From NCBI RefSeq assembly GCF_044704955.1, contig NC_091987.1, positions 25,978,001 through 26,042,000 of the forward strand: a DNA stretch of 64,000 bases. The letters run 5' to 3'. A program made the position numbers and the translations under genes. The notes under the pieces were generated by a model that was not told where the DNA came from, ran no database searches, and worked only from the letters and a program-made list of their open reading frames with translations. Source of the stretch: Pristiophorus japonicus (lineage: Eukaryota). The stretch's first letter is position 1. Every line of letters begins with the position of its first letter. This document shows, in pieces, positions 22,074 to 32,689 of the stretch.

Positions 22074-23471
22074 TGCCATGGATGAATGTGACTTCTGTGC
22101 ATACTATGCGCCACCAGCTGGCAGCACTGGATTGTATTTCAGTGCAGGTTTTCTGCCACCATGTCATAGAATCATAGAATGATACAGCACGGAAGGAGAT
22201 CATTCTGCTCACGGTGCCTGTACCAGCTCTTTGAAACAGCTATCCAATTAGTCCTATTCCCCTCCTCTTATCCCATAACCCAGAAAACATCCCCCTTCCA
22301 GTGTGCATTAAATTCCTTTTTGAATGTTATTGGATCTGCTTCCTCCTCCTTTCGGGAAATGCATTGCAAACGACGATCAATAAATGCATTCAAAAAAATC
22401 TCCATATCGCTATCTGGTCATTAAATCTATGCGCTCTGGTTGCTGAGCTTTAAGAACTTAAGAACATAAGGAATAGGAGCAGGAGCAGTCTATACGGCCC
22501 TTACCTTGAGACGATACCCCCCAGTACTAGACTCTCCAGCCAGTGCAAACATCCTCTCAGTATCTACCCTGTCAATCCCCTTCACAATCTTACATGTTTC
22601 AATGGCACCCCTCTTCTAAACTGCAGAGAATATAGTCCCATTCTGCACAATTTCTGCCCCTGGAAACAGATCCTCGTTATTTACACTAACCAAACTCAAG
22701 ATTTTGAACACCTCAATTCAATCATAACTACATACAAACATAAGAAATAGGAGCAGGATTGGGCCATTTGCCTCTCGAGCTCCGTTATTTAATAAGACCA
22801 TGAGTGGTCTTCTACATCAAATACACTTTCCTGCACTATCCCCGTATCACTGATTCCCTCAATATGCAAAAATCTGCCGATCTATTTCTTTAATATACTC
22901 AACGACTGAGCCTCCATTGCCGTCTGGGGTAGAGAATTTCAAAGATTTACCGTCATCTGATTGAAGAAATTTCTTCTCATCTCAGTCGTAATTGCCCAAA
23001 CCCTGATTCTGAGACTGTAACCACTAGTTCTAGACTGCCCAGCCGGAGGAAGCATCCTCCCTGTATCTACCCTGTAAGAATTCTATATGTGTGAATGAGA
23101 TCATCTCTCATTCTTCTAAACTCCAGAGAATATAGGCCTAGTCTATCAAATTCTCCTCATAGGACAATGTATGACATTAACTCATTACCCATCTCTTTCA
23201 ATCCATCTCTCTATATGTTCTGTTCTCATCAATGGTTCTGTGCTGCGCTGTGATCGGCGAGAGCATTCTAACGAATATAACGTCGGCTGCAAGGAATGAG
23301 CAATTTTGCGATTGGCGTTTTCAGCACTCGCTCGAAGCACCAAAGGGTTTAATTGATTAACGTACTTCCCACTGCGGCCATGGCGGCGCTGTTACACTCT
23401 GTATAGGAAGCATGCACCTCGAGAAACGACTGAAATAGTCAGTTTGCAAAGGAGGGAAGACCATTCTCGCT

Positions 23472-24270
23472 ATGTATTGGCTTTCCATATTTCTGCTTTC
23501 CAATTCCTGTATGTATGAGACGGCAAACCCCACTGTTCCCTTTTCGTGCCATTGATATCGCGTCAACGGCACTTATTGTTCGTATTGATGAGATTATTTA
23601 TTGATATATTCTTGTTCGTTAACCAAATACAAATACTTTGCTGAAATTTGATCTGCCTAAAAGTTGTGTTTATTCTGATAAAGGATCATCCGAAAATAAT
23701 TTAATTTCTCTCTTTCAGAACTGAGCTCGTTTGTCTTTGCCCTTTCCACTTTCGAATTTGGCGCATTTATACTTTTATCAGTTCGATAAAACCGCCGTGT
23801 AATTGGACTTAGCCTTTAGAGAAAATAGAAGCGATTTCAGAAAACTAACTTGTTCCATTCCTTTTCTTCCCCTGCTGTTCCTGCCACTGACCCTTAACTA
23901 TTGCCTGACACCCTCTATTGTCCTCTGACGGATCGATCGGTCGGCCTTACTGTTGTTTTATAATCCATTAGATGTTCGTTCACAACGACTAGTTGTTCAG
24001 ACCCCGTCGGCCACCGTCCAGGTTCCAGGCGAGGAAGCCGTGTTCTACTGCAGCATCGGGCATGGCAACATGAGTAACTATTGGTGGAACTGGTACCTGC
24101 AGACCGGGGAGCACCTGTATTGGATCCGATCGGTCATGTTTTCTGCGGCTAACTATCGAACAAAGTCTGGCATCAAACATGACCCTGACGACAACACATT
24201 CACACTGTCCCTGAAAAACACCCAGACTCAAGACAGCGGCATGTATTACTGTGTAGCGTTGCAGGATGCG
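23472..24270 (+). CDS. Antigen-receptor V gene segment V2, divergent family (TCR-delta/IgH-like), intact; probable leader 23472-23508, V exon 23972-24270
   Basis: V exon VVQTP..FYCSIGHGNMSNYWWNWYLQ..LYWI..NTFTLSLKNTQTQDSGMYYCVALQDA has the canonical C, W and C; the candidate leader MYWLSIFLLSNS with a gtatgt donor is in the correct phase. Confidence 0.85.
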
Positions 24271-24309
24271 CACAGTGTTGTTAGATTGCACGGGGTCATG
24301 GCAAAAACC
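24271..24309 (+). other. Recombination signal sequence, 23-bp spacer (V2)
   Basis: CACAGTG, 23 nt, GCAAAAACC. Confidence 0.95.
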
Positions 24310-24955
24310 TCACTGAGCAAGAAAGGCACCTCCGGCAGCGGGGATAGGAAGGAACCTGCATTCTTGGCCCTGAGAATGACGGTAGTGGTGATCAAAGAAA
24401 GACTTACATTTCTATAGCGCCTTTCACGGACACTGGACGTCACAAAGCCAATGAAGTACTTTTGGAGTGAAGCCAAATTGCGCACAGCAAGCTCCCACGA
24501 ACAGCAATGTACTAATGAGCAGATCACCTGTCTTCTGGTATGTTGATTGAGGGATAAATAATGGTCCCAGGACATCAGGGTAACGAGTCATTTGTGGCTA
24601 ATTGGAAATCTACATCTGGCTAATTGGGGACCAATGGGCGGGTAATTGAGAATGCAGATGCGTCTAATGGGGAAATGCAGAAGTGGATATTTTTATTTCT
24701 GATTACTGAATTAAAAATGATCAAATACACATTTTTTGGGAATGTGAACGGTGTCAGATCTAGTCAGCTATTGGTTATTCGCAACCTCATGGATTTTGAA
24801 TGGGTCAATCAGGAGAAGGGGCGTGTCCAAAGCTGCATCCCTTCCTCAGGCTCTTCGTTTTCCTCAGTGATTTGAACAGAGCGGGTTTGATTTCTCAGAC
24901 TCCACGCTTCTGTTCTCGCTCCTTTCACTATTAAGGGAAAAGCCTCAAGTTAAAG

Positions 24956-25507
24956 ATATGTCTCTTACTGGGTCTGATTATCTTGCTTCACTGTAAGGGA
25001 TCTTTTCAAACAATGATTCTCTTTAATAAATGTTTTCTTTCCCTCTTTCTCTCGGTTTCTCTCATTCGCTCTTATTTATCTGTTTCTTTCTCTCATCCTT
25101 TACCTCTCTCATTCTTTTCTTCTCTCATTATTACCTTCTATCTTTCTCCACAGCCTAGAGTTCCACCATGTGCTGAATTCCTCCTCACCCCGTATCTTTC
25201 CCAGACTTGAACTCAGAGTATCCGCCAGTCTCCTACCTCTGGATTCAGATTTCCCTGCAACATGGAGGGCCCCAGTACTGCTGACATGTTCTGGTACCCG
25301 GGGAAGTAGTCGCAGTTGAAGTTTTACTCCGCGGGCACCAATCACATCAATCCAGAGGGGATGGTGGAAGGTTTTATCGCCGAGCGACCGAATGGTAAAG
25401 ATTTCAACCTGAAGCCCTCCCGCCTGCGGGCGAATCAGTCGGCCGTGTATTACTGCGCCTGGAGTCTGCGCAGTGCCTCAGGGAAATGGAGGGGCTCGAC
25501 ACAAACC
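24956..25507 (+). pseudogene. TCR V pseudogene V3 (CAWS family); V exon 25205-25468, defective RSS 25469-25507
   Basis: Leader lacks an in-frame ATG; CNMEGPSTADMFWYPGK-stop...FIAERPNGKDFNL..QSAVYYCAWSL; heptamer mutated to CGCAGTG, 23-nt spacer, ACACAAACC. Confidence 0.88.
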
Positions 25508-26516
25508 CCAAAGGGGGCAGGAAACACCTGTGGGGGTGAACCAGCGCGGTGCAGAGTCCTGTTGGGTTTATGCTTCCGCGTGGCCGTGCTTTTGACAAGA
25601 AGTGGAGACACATTGGAACAAAACTGAAAAATGAGATTTTATAAAGGCGAACGAACGATTGTTAAATGTCAAGTATGATAGAATGAAAGGAAGATTGAAA
25701 AAAATAAAGTGAGAGAGAATGAAAGAATAAAGATAGAAAGAATAAATGAAATACATGGAAGAAAGATTGAAAGAAAGATAGACTGATGTATAGAAAGAAA
25801 GAAGGCAGAGACGAAAGGAGGATAGAAAGAATAAAGGAAAGACTAAGTAAGAAAGCAAGAAAGAATGAAAGAAAAAATAAATGGAGATGGAATGTAAGAA
25901 AACTAAGAAACCAGTGAGTAATGATGGAAAGGAGGAGAGGTGAAAAGCCTGTCGGGCCTTTGTACACTGACACTGCGTGTCCTTTCCTTACAGCGGCAAT
26001 ACAGTGTGTTATAGGACCTTGAAACTCACAGTTGATTATAATATGTTTCAATATGGAATAGGGGGACGTTCAGTCCCCTTCAGTCTCCAGTCCTCAAGAA
26101 TAGGAGGAGGTATGCTGTCCCCTCGAGCCTGTTACACAGCAACCGGAGGAGGCCCATTCAGCCCTTCGAGCATGTTACATACCCTAAATCTGTGCCCTCG
26201 GTTTAATGGCCCTCCTCTCGATGGATATAGTTTCTCCCCAATCAAGTCTATTCAAACAATTCTTAATTTGGAATACCTCCATTATTTCTCTCCTTGTCAT
26301 TCTGTGCTGCATCCTTCTGTGAAGTTGCTTCACGAGCCACTGAATGGGATTGGTGGGGGGGCGGGGGGAGTGTTTTATTTATGCAGGAAGTGACATATGT
26401 ATGATAATTGCAACCACACGTTTTGTATTTAATCGGATCCAGCAGAGAAATTGCCTTTAAACGTGGCATTGAGCTACACCCGTTCGCATAGCCAGACAGT
26501 GTCGACTGAATAGATC

Positions 26517-27451
26517 ATGTTTCATGAAACTCATTATCTAATGTTGATGGTGACACTGATCCCACGTGAGTCAAATTTACAAACTTATACCGAGCTCTTT
26601 GTAGAACAGTGCGTTCTAATGTTAGCTGTGGTTCAGCTGGTAGAAATCATGTCTGTGATTCAAAGTTTTTGGATTCGCGTCTTACTCCTGAGATTTGAGC
26701 ACAACTTATATATAGTACGCTGACACTCTCCCGACCAGCGCTGAGGGAGCGCTGCACTTTCGGAACTGTCATCTTTCGGAAAAGGCTTTAGACCGGGCTG
26801 CCCTCTCAGGTGGAGGTCAATGTTCCCAGGGCATTATGGGAAGAAGAGCAGGGAAGTTCCCGCCGGTGTCCTGGGCCAACATTCATCCCACAACAAACAC
26901 CCCCTCCCGCAAATATACCAAGATTAACGGGTCAGTCATTTCAATGCAGTATGTGGATCCCTGCTGTGCTCAATTTGACCGTCTCCTTTCCTGAATTACG
27001 GTAATAAATTAATATTTCCTTGGTTGTAAAGAGCGTTGGGACTTTGAGATTATGAATGGCAATTCTGAATATGAGTTAATTTCCCTATATGTGATCCCTG
27101 CTCTAATCAATTATTGACAACAATAAGATTCTAATCGGTTGGTGTTCCATTCGACAGGAATACTCGCCTCCTACGTGGAGCAATCGCCTTCTATCCTATC
27201 GATGGGAGCAGGAGAGCAGACCACACTCCGATGCACGCTGACCAATACTGACTATAACTATATGTTCTGGTACAGACAACAACCCAACCGGGTACTGGAA
27301 GCTCTTTTCTCTTCTGCTGGAGAGGGTGATGCTCAGAAGTACACAACCGAGTCCTTTAAGGCCGGAAGAAGCAGCACCACGCTGTTTACTCTGGAGCTGA
27401 GCGCCGCCTCTCCGTCTCACACCGCTGTCTATTACTGTGCCTGCAGTAGAG
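26517..27451 (+). CDS. TCR V gene segment V4 (TRBV-like), intact; leader 26517-26565, V exon 27158-27451
   Basis: Paralog of V1: LRCTLTNTDYNYMFWYRQQP...AVYYCACSR. Confidence 0.9.
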
Positions 27452-27490
27452 CACAGCGTTTGAGAACACGGCGCCCCAGCTACAAAAACC
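27452..27490 (+). other. Recombination signal sequence, 23-bp spacer (V4)
   Basis: CACAGCG, 23 nt, ACAAAAACC; identical to the V1 RSS. Confidence 0.95.
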
Positions 27491-28249
27491 TGCCCCGGAT
27501 GTATGTCAGTTTTGTGCATAATATGCGCCACCAGATGGCAGCACTGGATTGTATTTCAGTGCAGGTTTTCTACCACAATGTCACAGAATCATAGAATGAT
27601 AAAGCGCAAAAGGAGATCATTCGGCCCACGGCGCCTGTATCGGCTCCTTGAAACAGCTATCCAATTAGTCCTACACTCCTCCTCTTTTCCCATAGCCCAG
27701 AAAACGTCCTCTTCAAGTGTGCATTAAATTCCCTTTTGAATGTTATTATTGGATCTGTTTCCTGCTCCTTTCGGGAACTGCATTACAAACAGCAAGCTCC
27801 CACAAACAGCAATGTGCTAATGTGTTCTGGTATGTTGATTGAGGGATAAATAATGGTCCCAGGACACCAGTGTAACTAGTCACTTGTGGCTAATTGGAAA
27901 TCTATATCTGGCTAATTGGGAATAAATGGACGGGTAATTGAGAATGCAGATGCGTGTAGTGGGGAAATGCAGATGTGGATAATTTTATTTCTGATTACTG
28001 GCTGAAAAATGATCAAATACACATTTGTTGGGAATGTGAACGGTGTCAGATCTATTCAGCTGTTGGTTATTTGCAACCTCATGGATTTTGAATGGGTCAA
28101 TCAGGAGAAGGGGCCTGTCCAATGCTGCATCACTTCCTCAGGCTCTTCATGTGTTCCTCAATGATTTGAGCAGAGCGGATTTGGTTTCTCAGACTCCACG
28201 CTTCTGTTCTCGCTCATTTTACTATTAAGGGAAAAGCTTCACGTTAAAG

Positions 28250-28930
28250 GTATATCTCTTACTTGGTCTGATAATCTTGTTTCATTGTAAGGGACCTTTT
28301 CAAAAAATGATTCTCTTTAATAAAATGTTTTTTTTCTCCCTTTCTCTCTTTATTCCCCTAGTTATTTCGCTCTTTCTTTCTCACATTCTTTATTTCTCTC
28401 ATTCTCTTTATCTCGTTATCTCTATCTATTTTCCTCTCTCTTTCTCTCATTCTCTTTCTTTATTTATCTGTTTCTTTCTCTCATCCTTTACCTCTCTCAT
28501 CCTTTACCTCTCTCATTCTTTTCTTCTCTCATTATTACCTTCTATCATTCTCCACAGCCTAGAATTCCCCGATGTACTGAATTCCTCCTCACGCCGTCTC
28601 TTTCCCAGACTTGAACTCAGAGTATCCGCCAGTCTCCCAGCTTTGGATTCAGATTTCCCGGCGAGGGAGCGGAACTAAAATGCAACATGGAGGGCCCCAG
28701 TACTGCTGACATGTTCTGGTACCCAGGTAAGTAGCCGCAGTTGACGTTTTACTCTGCGGGCACCAATCACATCAATCCAGAAGGGATGGTGGAAGGTTTT
28801 ATCGCTGAGCGACCGAATGGTAGAGTTCAACCTGAAGCCCTCACGCCCGCGGGCGGATCAGTCGGCCGTGTATTACTGCGCCTGGAGTCTGCGCAGTGAC
28901 TCAGGGAGATGGAGGCGCTCAACACAAACC
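28250..28930 (+). pseudogene. TCR V pseudogene V5 (CAWS family); V exon 28609-28891, defective RSS 28892-28930
   Basis: Paralog of V3 with the same in-frame TAG after WYPGK and the same CGCAGTG heptamer, plus an additional frameshift. Confidence 0.88.
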
Positions 28931-29371
28931 CCAAAGGGGGCAGGAAACACGTGTGGGGGGTGAATCAGCGTGGTGCAGAGTCCTGTTGGGTTTATGCTTC
29001 CGCGTGACCGTGCTTTTGACAAGAAGAGGAGATACAGTGGAACAAAACTGAGAAGTTAGGTTTTATAAAGGCAAAAGAACGATTGTTAAATGTAGTGAAG
29101 TATGATAGAATGGAAGGAAGATTGGAACAAATACAGAAAGAGAAAGAGAGAGAAAGAATGAAAGGAAAATAGAAAGATAGATAGAAAGAATGAATGAAAT
29201 CATGAAAGGAAGGAAGGAAGATTGAAAGAAAGATAGACTGATATATAGAAAGGAAGAAGGCAGAAACGAAAGGAGGATAGTAAGAATAAAGGAAAGATGA
29301 AAGAAGAAAGAAAGGGAGATGGAATGTAAGAACAATGTAAGAAACACAGTGAGGAATAATGGAAAGTAGGA

Positions 29372-29831
29372 GACTGACATGTCAAGAAAGACTGGATCAA
29401 CTGGGCTTGTATTCACTGGAGTTCAGAAGAATGAGAGGGGATCTCATAGAAACGTTTAAAATTCTGACGGGTTAGACAGGTTAGATGCAGGAAGAATGTT
29501 CCCAATGTTGGGGAAGTCCAGAACCAAGGGTCACAGTCTAAAGATAAGGGGTAAGCCATTTAGCACCGAGATGAGGAGAAACTTCTTCACCCAGAGAGTG
29601 GTGAACCTGTGGAATTCTCTACCACAGAAAGTAGTTGAGGCCAATTCACTAAATATATTCAAAAGGGAGTTAGATGAAGTCCTTACTACTCGGGGGATCA
29701 AGGGGTATGGCGAGAAAACAGGAAGGGGGTACTGAAGTTGCATGTTCAGCCATGAACTCATTGAATGGCGGTGCAGGCTAGAAGGGCTGAATGGCCTACT
29801 CCTGCACCTATTTTCTATGTTTCTATGTTTC
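29372..29831 (+). mobile_element. CR1 3' fragment with (TTTCTATG)n tail
   Basis: MFPMLGKSRTKGHSLKIRG..RRNFFTQRVVNLWNSLP; flanked by a TAGGAG duplication; absent from the paralogous position near 25930. Confidence 0.9.
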
Positions 29832-29954
29832 TAGGAGGTGCAAAGCCTGTCGGACATTTGTACACTGATACTGTGTGTCCTATCCCTACAGTGGCAATAC
29901 CGTGTGCTACAGGACCTTAAAACACACAGTTGCTTATAATATGGTTCAATATGG

Positions 29955-30395
29955 AACAGGAGGACGTTCAGTCCCCTTCAGTCCTCAGGAACAGGAGGCC
30001 CATTCAACCCCTCGAGCCTGTTACACAGGAACAGGAGGAGGCCCATTCAGCAAGTCGAGCCTTTTTACACAGGAACAGAAGGCAATTCAGCACCTCGAGC
30101 CTGGTTACACAGGAACAATAGAAGGCAATTCAGCTCCTCGCGCCTATTACTTTTGAACAGGAGGAGGCCTTTCAGTCCCCTTGACCCTGTGAATTAGGAA
30201 TACGAAAAGGCCAGTTAGTCCCCTTGGGACCATATGCACAGGAACAGGAGGAGGCCATTCAGCCCCTCGAGCCTGTTACACAGGAAGAGGTGGAGGCCCA
30301 TTGAGCTACTCGAGCCTTTCACACAGGAACCACTGGAGGACATTCAACCTCTCGTATATGTTACACAGCGACCGGAGGAGGCCCATTCAGCCCTT
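29955..30395. repeat. Degenerate ~42-bp tandem repeat (ACAGGAACAGGAGGAGGCCCATTCAGCCCCTCGAGCCTGTT)
   Basis: About 10 diverged units; shorter versions at ~20740-20860 and ~26055-26180. Confidence 0.75.
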
Positions 30396-30697
30396 CATAG
30401 AAACATAGAAACATAGAAAATAGGTGCAGGAGCAGGCCATTCAGCCCTTCTAGCCTGCACCGCCATTCAATGAGTTCATGGCTGAACATGAAACCTCAGT
30501 ACCCCCTTCCTGCTTTCTCGCCATACCCCTTGATCCCCCGAGTAGTAAGGACTTCATCTAACTCCCTTTTGAATATATTTAGTGAATTGGCCCCAACCAC
30601 TTTCTGTGGCAGAGAATTCCACAGGTTCACCACTCTCTGGGTGAAGAAGTCTCTCCTCATCTCGGTCCTAAATGGCTTACCCCTTATCCTTAGACTT
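30396..30697 (-). mobile_element. CR1 3' fragment, inverted relative to 29372-29831
   Basis: Begins with (catagaaa)n; near-identical reverse complement of ~29540-29831. Confidence 0.9.
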
Positions 30698-31035
30698 CGA
30701 GCATGTTACATACCTTAAATCTGTGCCCTCCGTTTAACGGCCCTCCTCCCGATGGATATAGTTTCTCCCCATCAAGTCTATTCAAACAATTCTTAATTTG
30801 CAACACCTCCATTATTTTTCTCCTTGTCCTTCAGTGAAGTTGCTTCACGAGCCAATGATTGTTATTGGGGTCGCGGGCGGGGAGGCGGAGTGTTGGTTTA
30901 CGCAGGAAGTGACGCTTGTGTGATAATTGCAACCGGACGGTTTGAATTTAATCAGATCCAGCAAATAAACTGCCTTTAAACGTGGCATTGAGCTGCACCC
31001 GTTCACACAGCCAGGCAATGTCGACTGAACAGATC

Positions 31036-31985
31036 ATGTTTCATGAAACTCATTATCTAATGTTGATGGTGATACTGATCCCACGTAAGTTAAATTTACA
31101 AACTTATGCAGAGCTCTTTGAAGAACAATGCGTGATAATGTCAGCTGTGGTTCAGCGGGTAGACATTTGCCTCTGAATCAAAGTTTTTGGATTCGCGTCT
31201 CACTCCTGTGACTTGAGCACAACATTGTACGCTGACACTCCCCACACCAGCGCTGAGGGAGCGCTGCACGTTCGGAAGTGTCATCTTTCGGATAAGGCGT
31301 GAAACCGAGCTGGCCTCTCCGGTGGAGATAAATTATCACAGGGCACGATGGGAAGAAGAGCAGGGAAGTTCCTGCCGCTGTCCTGGGCCAACATTTATCC
31401 CACAACAAACACAACCCCCCCCCCCCCCCAAAAAAAAATCCCAGATTAACGGGTCAATTATTTCAGTTTAGTATGTGGGAGCTTGCTGTGCTCAATTTCG
31501 CCGTCTCCCTGCATGCGTTACAACACTGAGGCCTATTTAATCAGCACTTCCTTGGCTATAAAGAGCGTTGGGACTTTCTGGGGCCGTCAATGTCGCTTTG
31601 TGAATGGGAGTTAATTTATCTATACGTGATCCCTGCTTTGACAATTATTGACAACAATAAGAATCTAATCGGTCGGTGTTTCATTCGACAGGAATACTCG
31701 CCTCGTACGTGGAGCAATCGCCTTCTGTCCTATCGATGGGAGAAGGAGAGCAGACCATACTCCGATGCACGCTGACCAACACTGGCTATCCCAACATGTT
31801 CTGGTACAGACAACAACCCAACCGTGCACTGGAAGCTCTTTTCTCTTCTGTTGGAGAGGGTTCTGTTCAGGATTACACAACCGAGTCCTTTAAGGCCGAA
31901 AGAAGCAGCACTACGCTGTTTACTCTGGAGCTGGGTGCCGCCTCTCCGTCTCACACCGCTGTCTATTACTGTGCCTGCAGTATAG
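31036..31985 (+). CDS. TCR V gene segment V6 (TRBV-like), intact; leader 31036-31084, V exon 31692-31985
   Basis: Paralog of V1/V4: LRCTLTNTGYPNMFWYRQQP...AVYYCACSI. Confidence 0.9.
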
Positions 31986-32023
31986 CACAGCGTTTGAGAA
32001 AGCGGCGCCCTGTTACAAAAACC
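31986..32023 (+). other. Recombination signal sequence with 22-bp spacer (V6)
   Basis: CACAGCG, 22 nt, ACAAAAACC. Confidence 0.9.
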
Positions 32024-32114
32024 TGCCCCGGATGAGTTTGAGTTCAGTGCACCTTGTCCACCACCAGATGGCAGCAGTAGATTTTATTTCAGTGTTAATT
32101 TTCTGCCTCTAGGT

Positions 32115-32637
32115 CATAGAAACATATAAACATAGAAAATAGGTGCAGGAGTAGGTCATTCGGGCCTTCAAGCCTGCACCACCATTCGATAAGATCATGG
32201 CTGATCATTCCCTTCATAGCCCTTTCCTGCTTTCTCTCCATAGCCTTTGATCCCCTTAGCCGTAAGGGCCATATCTAACTCCCTCTTAAATATATCCAAT
32301 GAACTGGCATCAACAACTCTCTGCGGCAGAGCATTCCACAGGTTAACAACTCTGAGTGAAGAAGTTTCTCGTCATCTCAGTCCTAAACGGCCTACCCCTT
32401 ATTCAAAGACTGTGTCCCCTGGTTCTGAACTTCTGCAACATTGGGAAGAATCTACCTGCATCTAACCTGTTCTGCCCCGTCAGAATCTTGTATGTTTCTA
32501 TGAGATCCCTGCTCATCCTTCTAAACTCCAATGTATAAAGGCCCAGTTGATCCAGTCTCTCCTCATATGTCAGTCCAGCCATCCCGGGAATCAGTCTGGT
32601 GTACCTTCGCTGCACTCCCTCAATAGCAAGAACGTCC
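32115..32637 (-). mobile_element. CR1 3' fragment
   Basis: ORF 32403-32639 DVLAIEGVQRRYTRLIPGM..YEERL; (catagaaa)n tail at 32115. Confidence 0.9.
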
Positions 32638-32689
32638 AAATCATAAAACCAATAGAATCATCGAATGATATAGCACTGGAGCAGGTCAT

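Noticed and set aside
22074-22177. ORF extensions beyond the V exons (also after V2, V4 and V6)
   Set aside because: They read through the RSS and are removed by V(D)J recombination.
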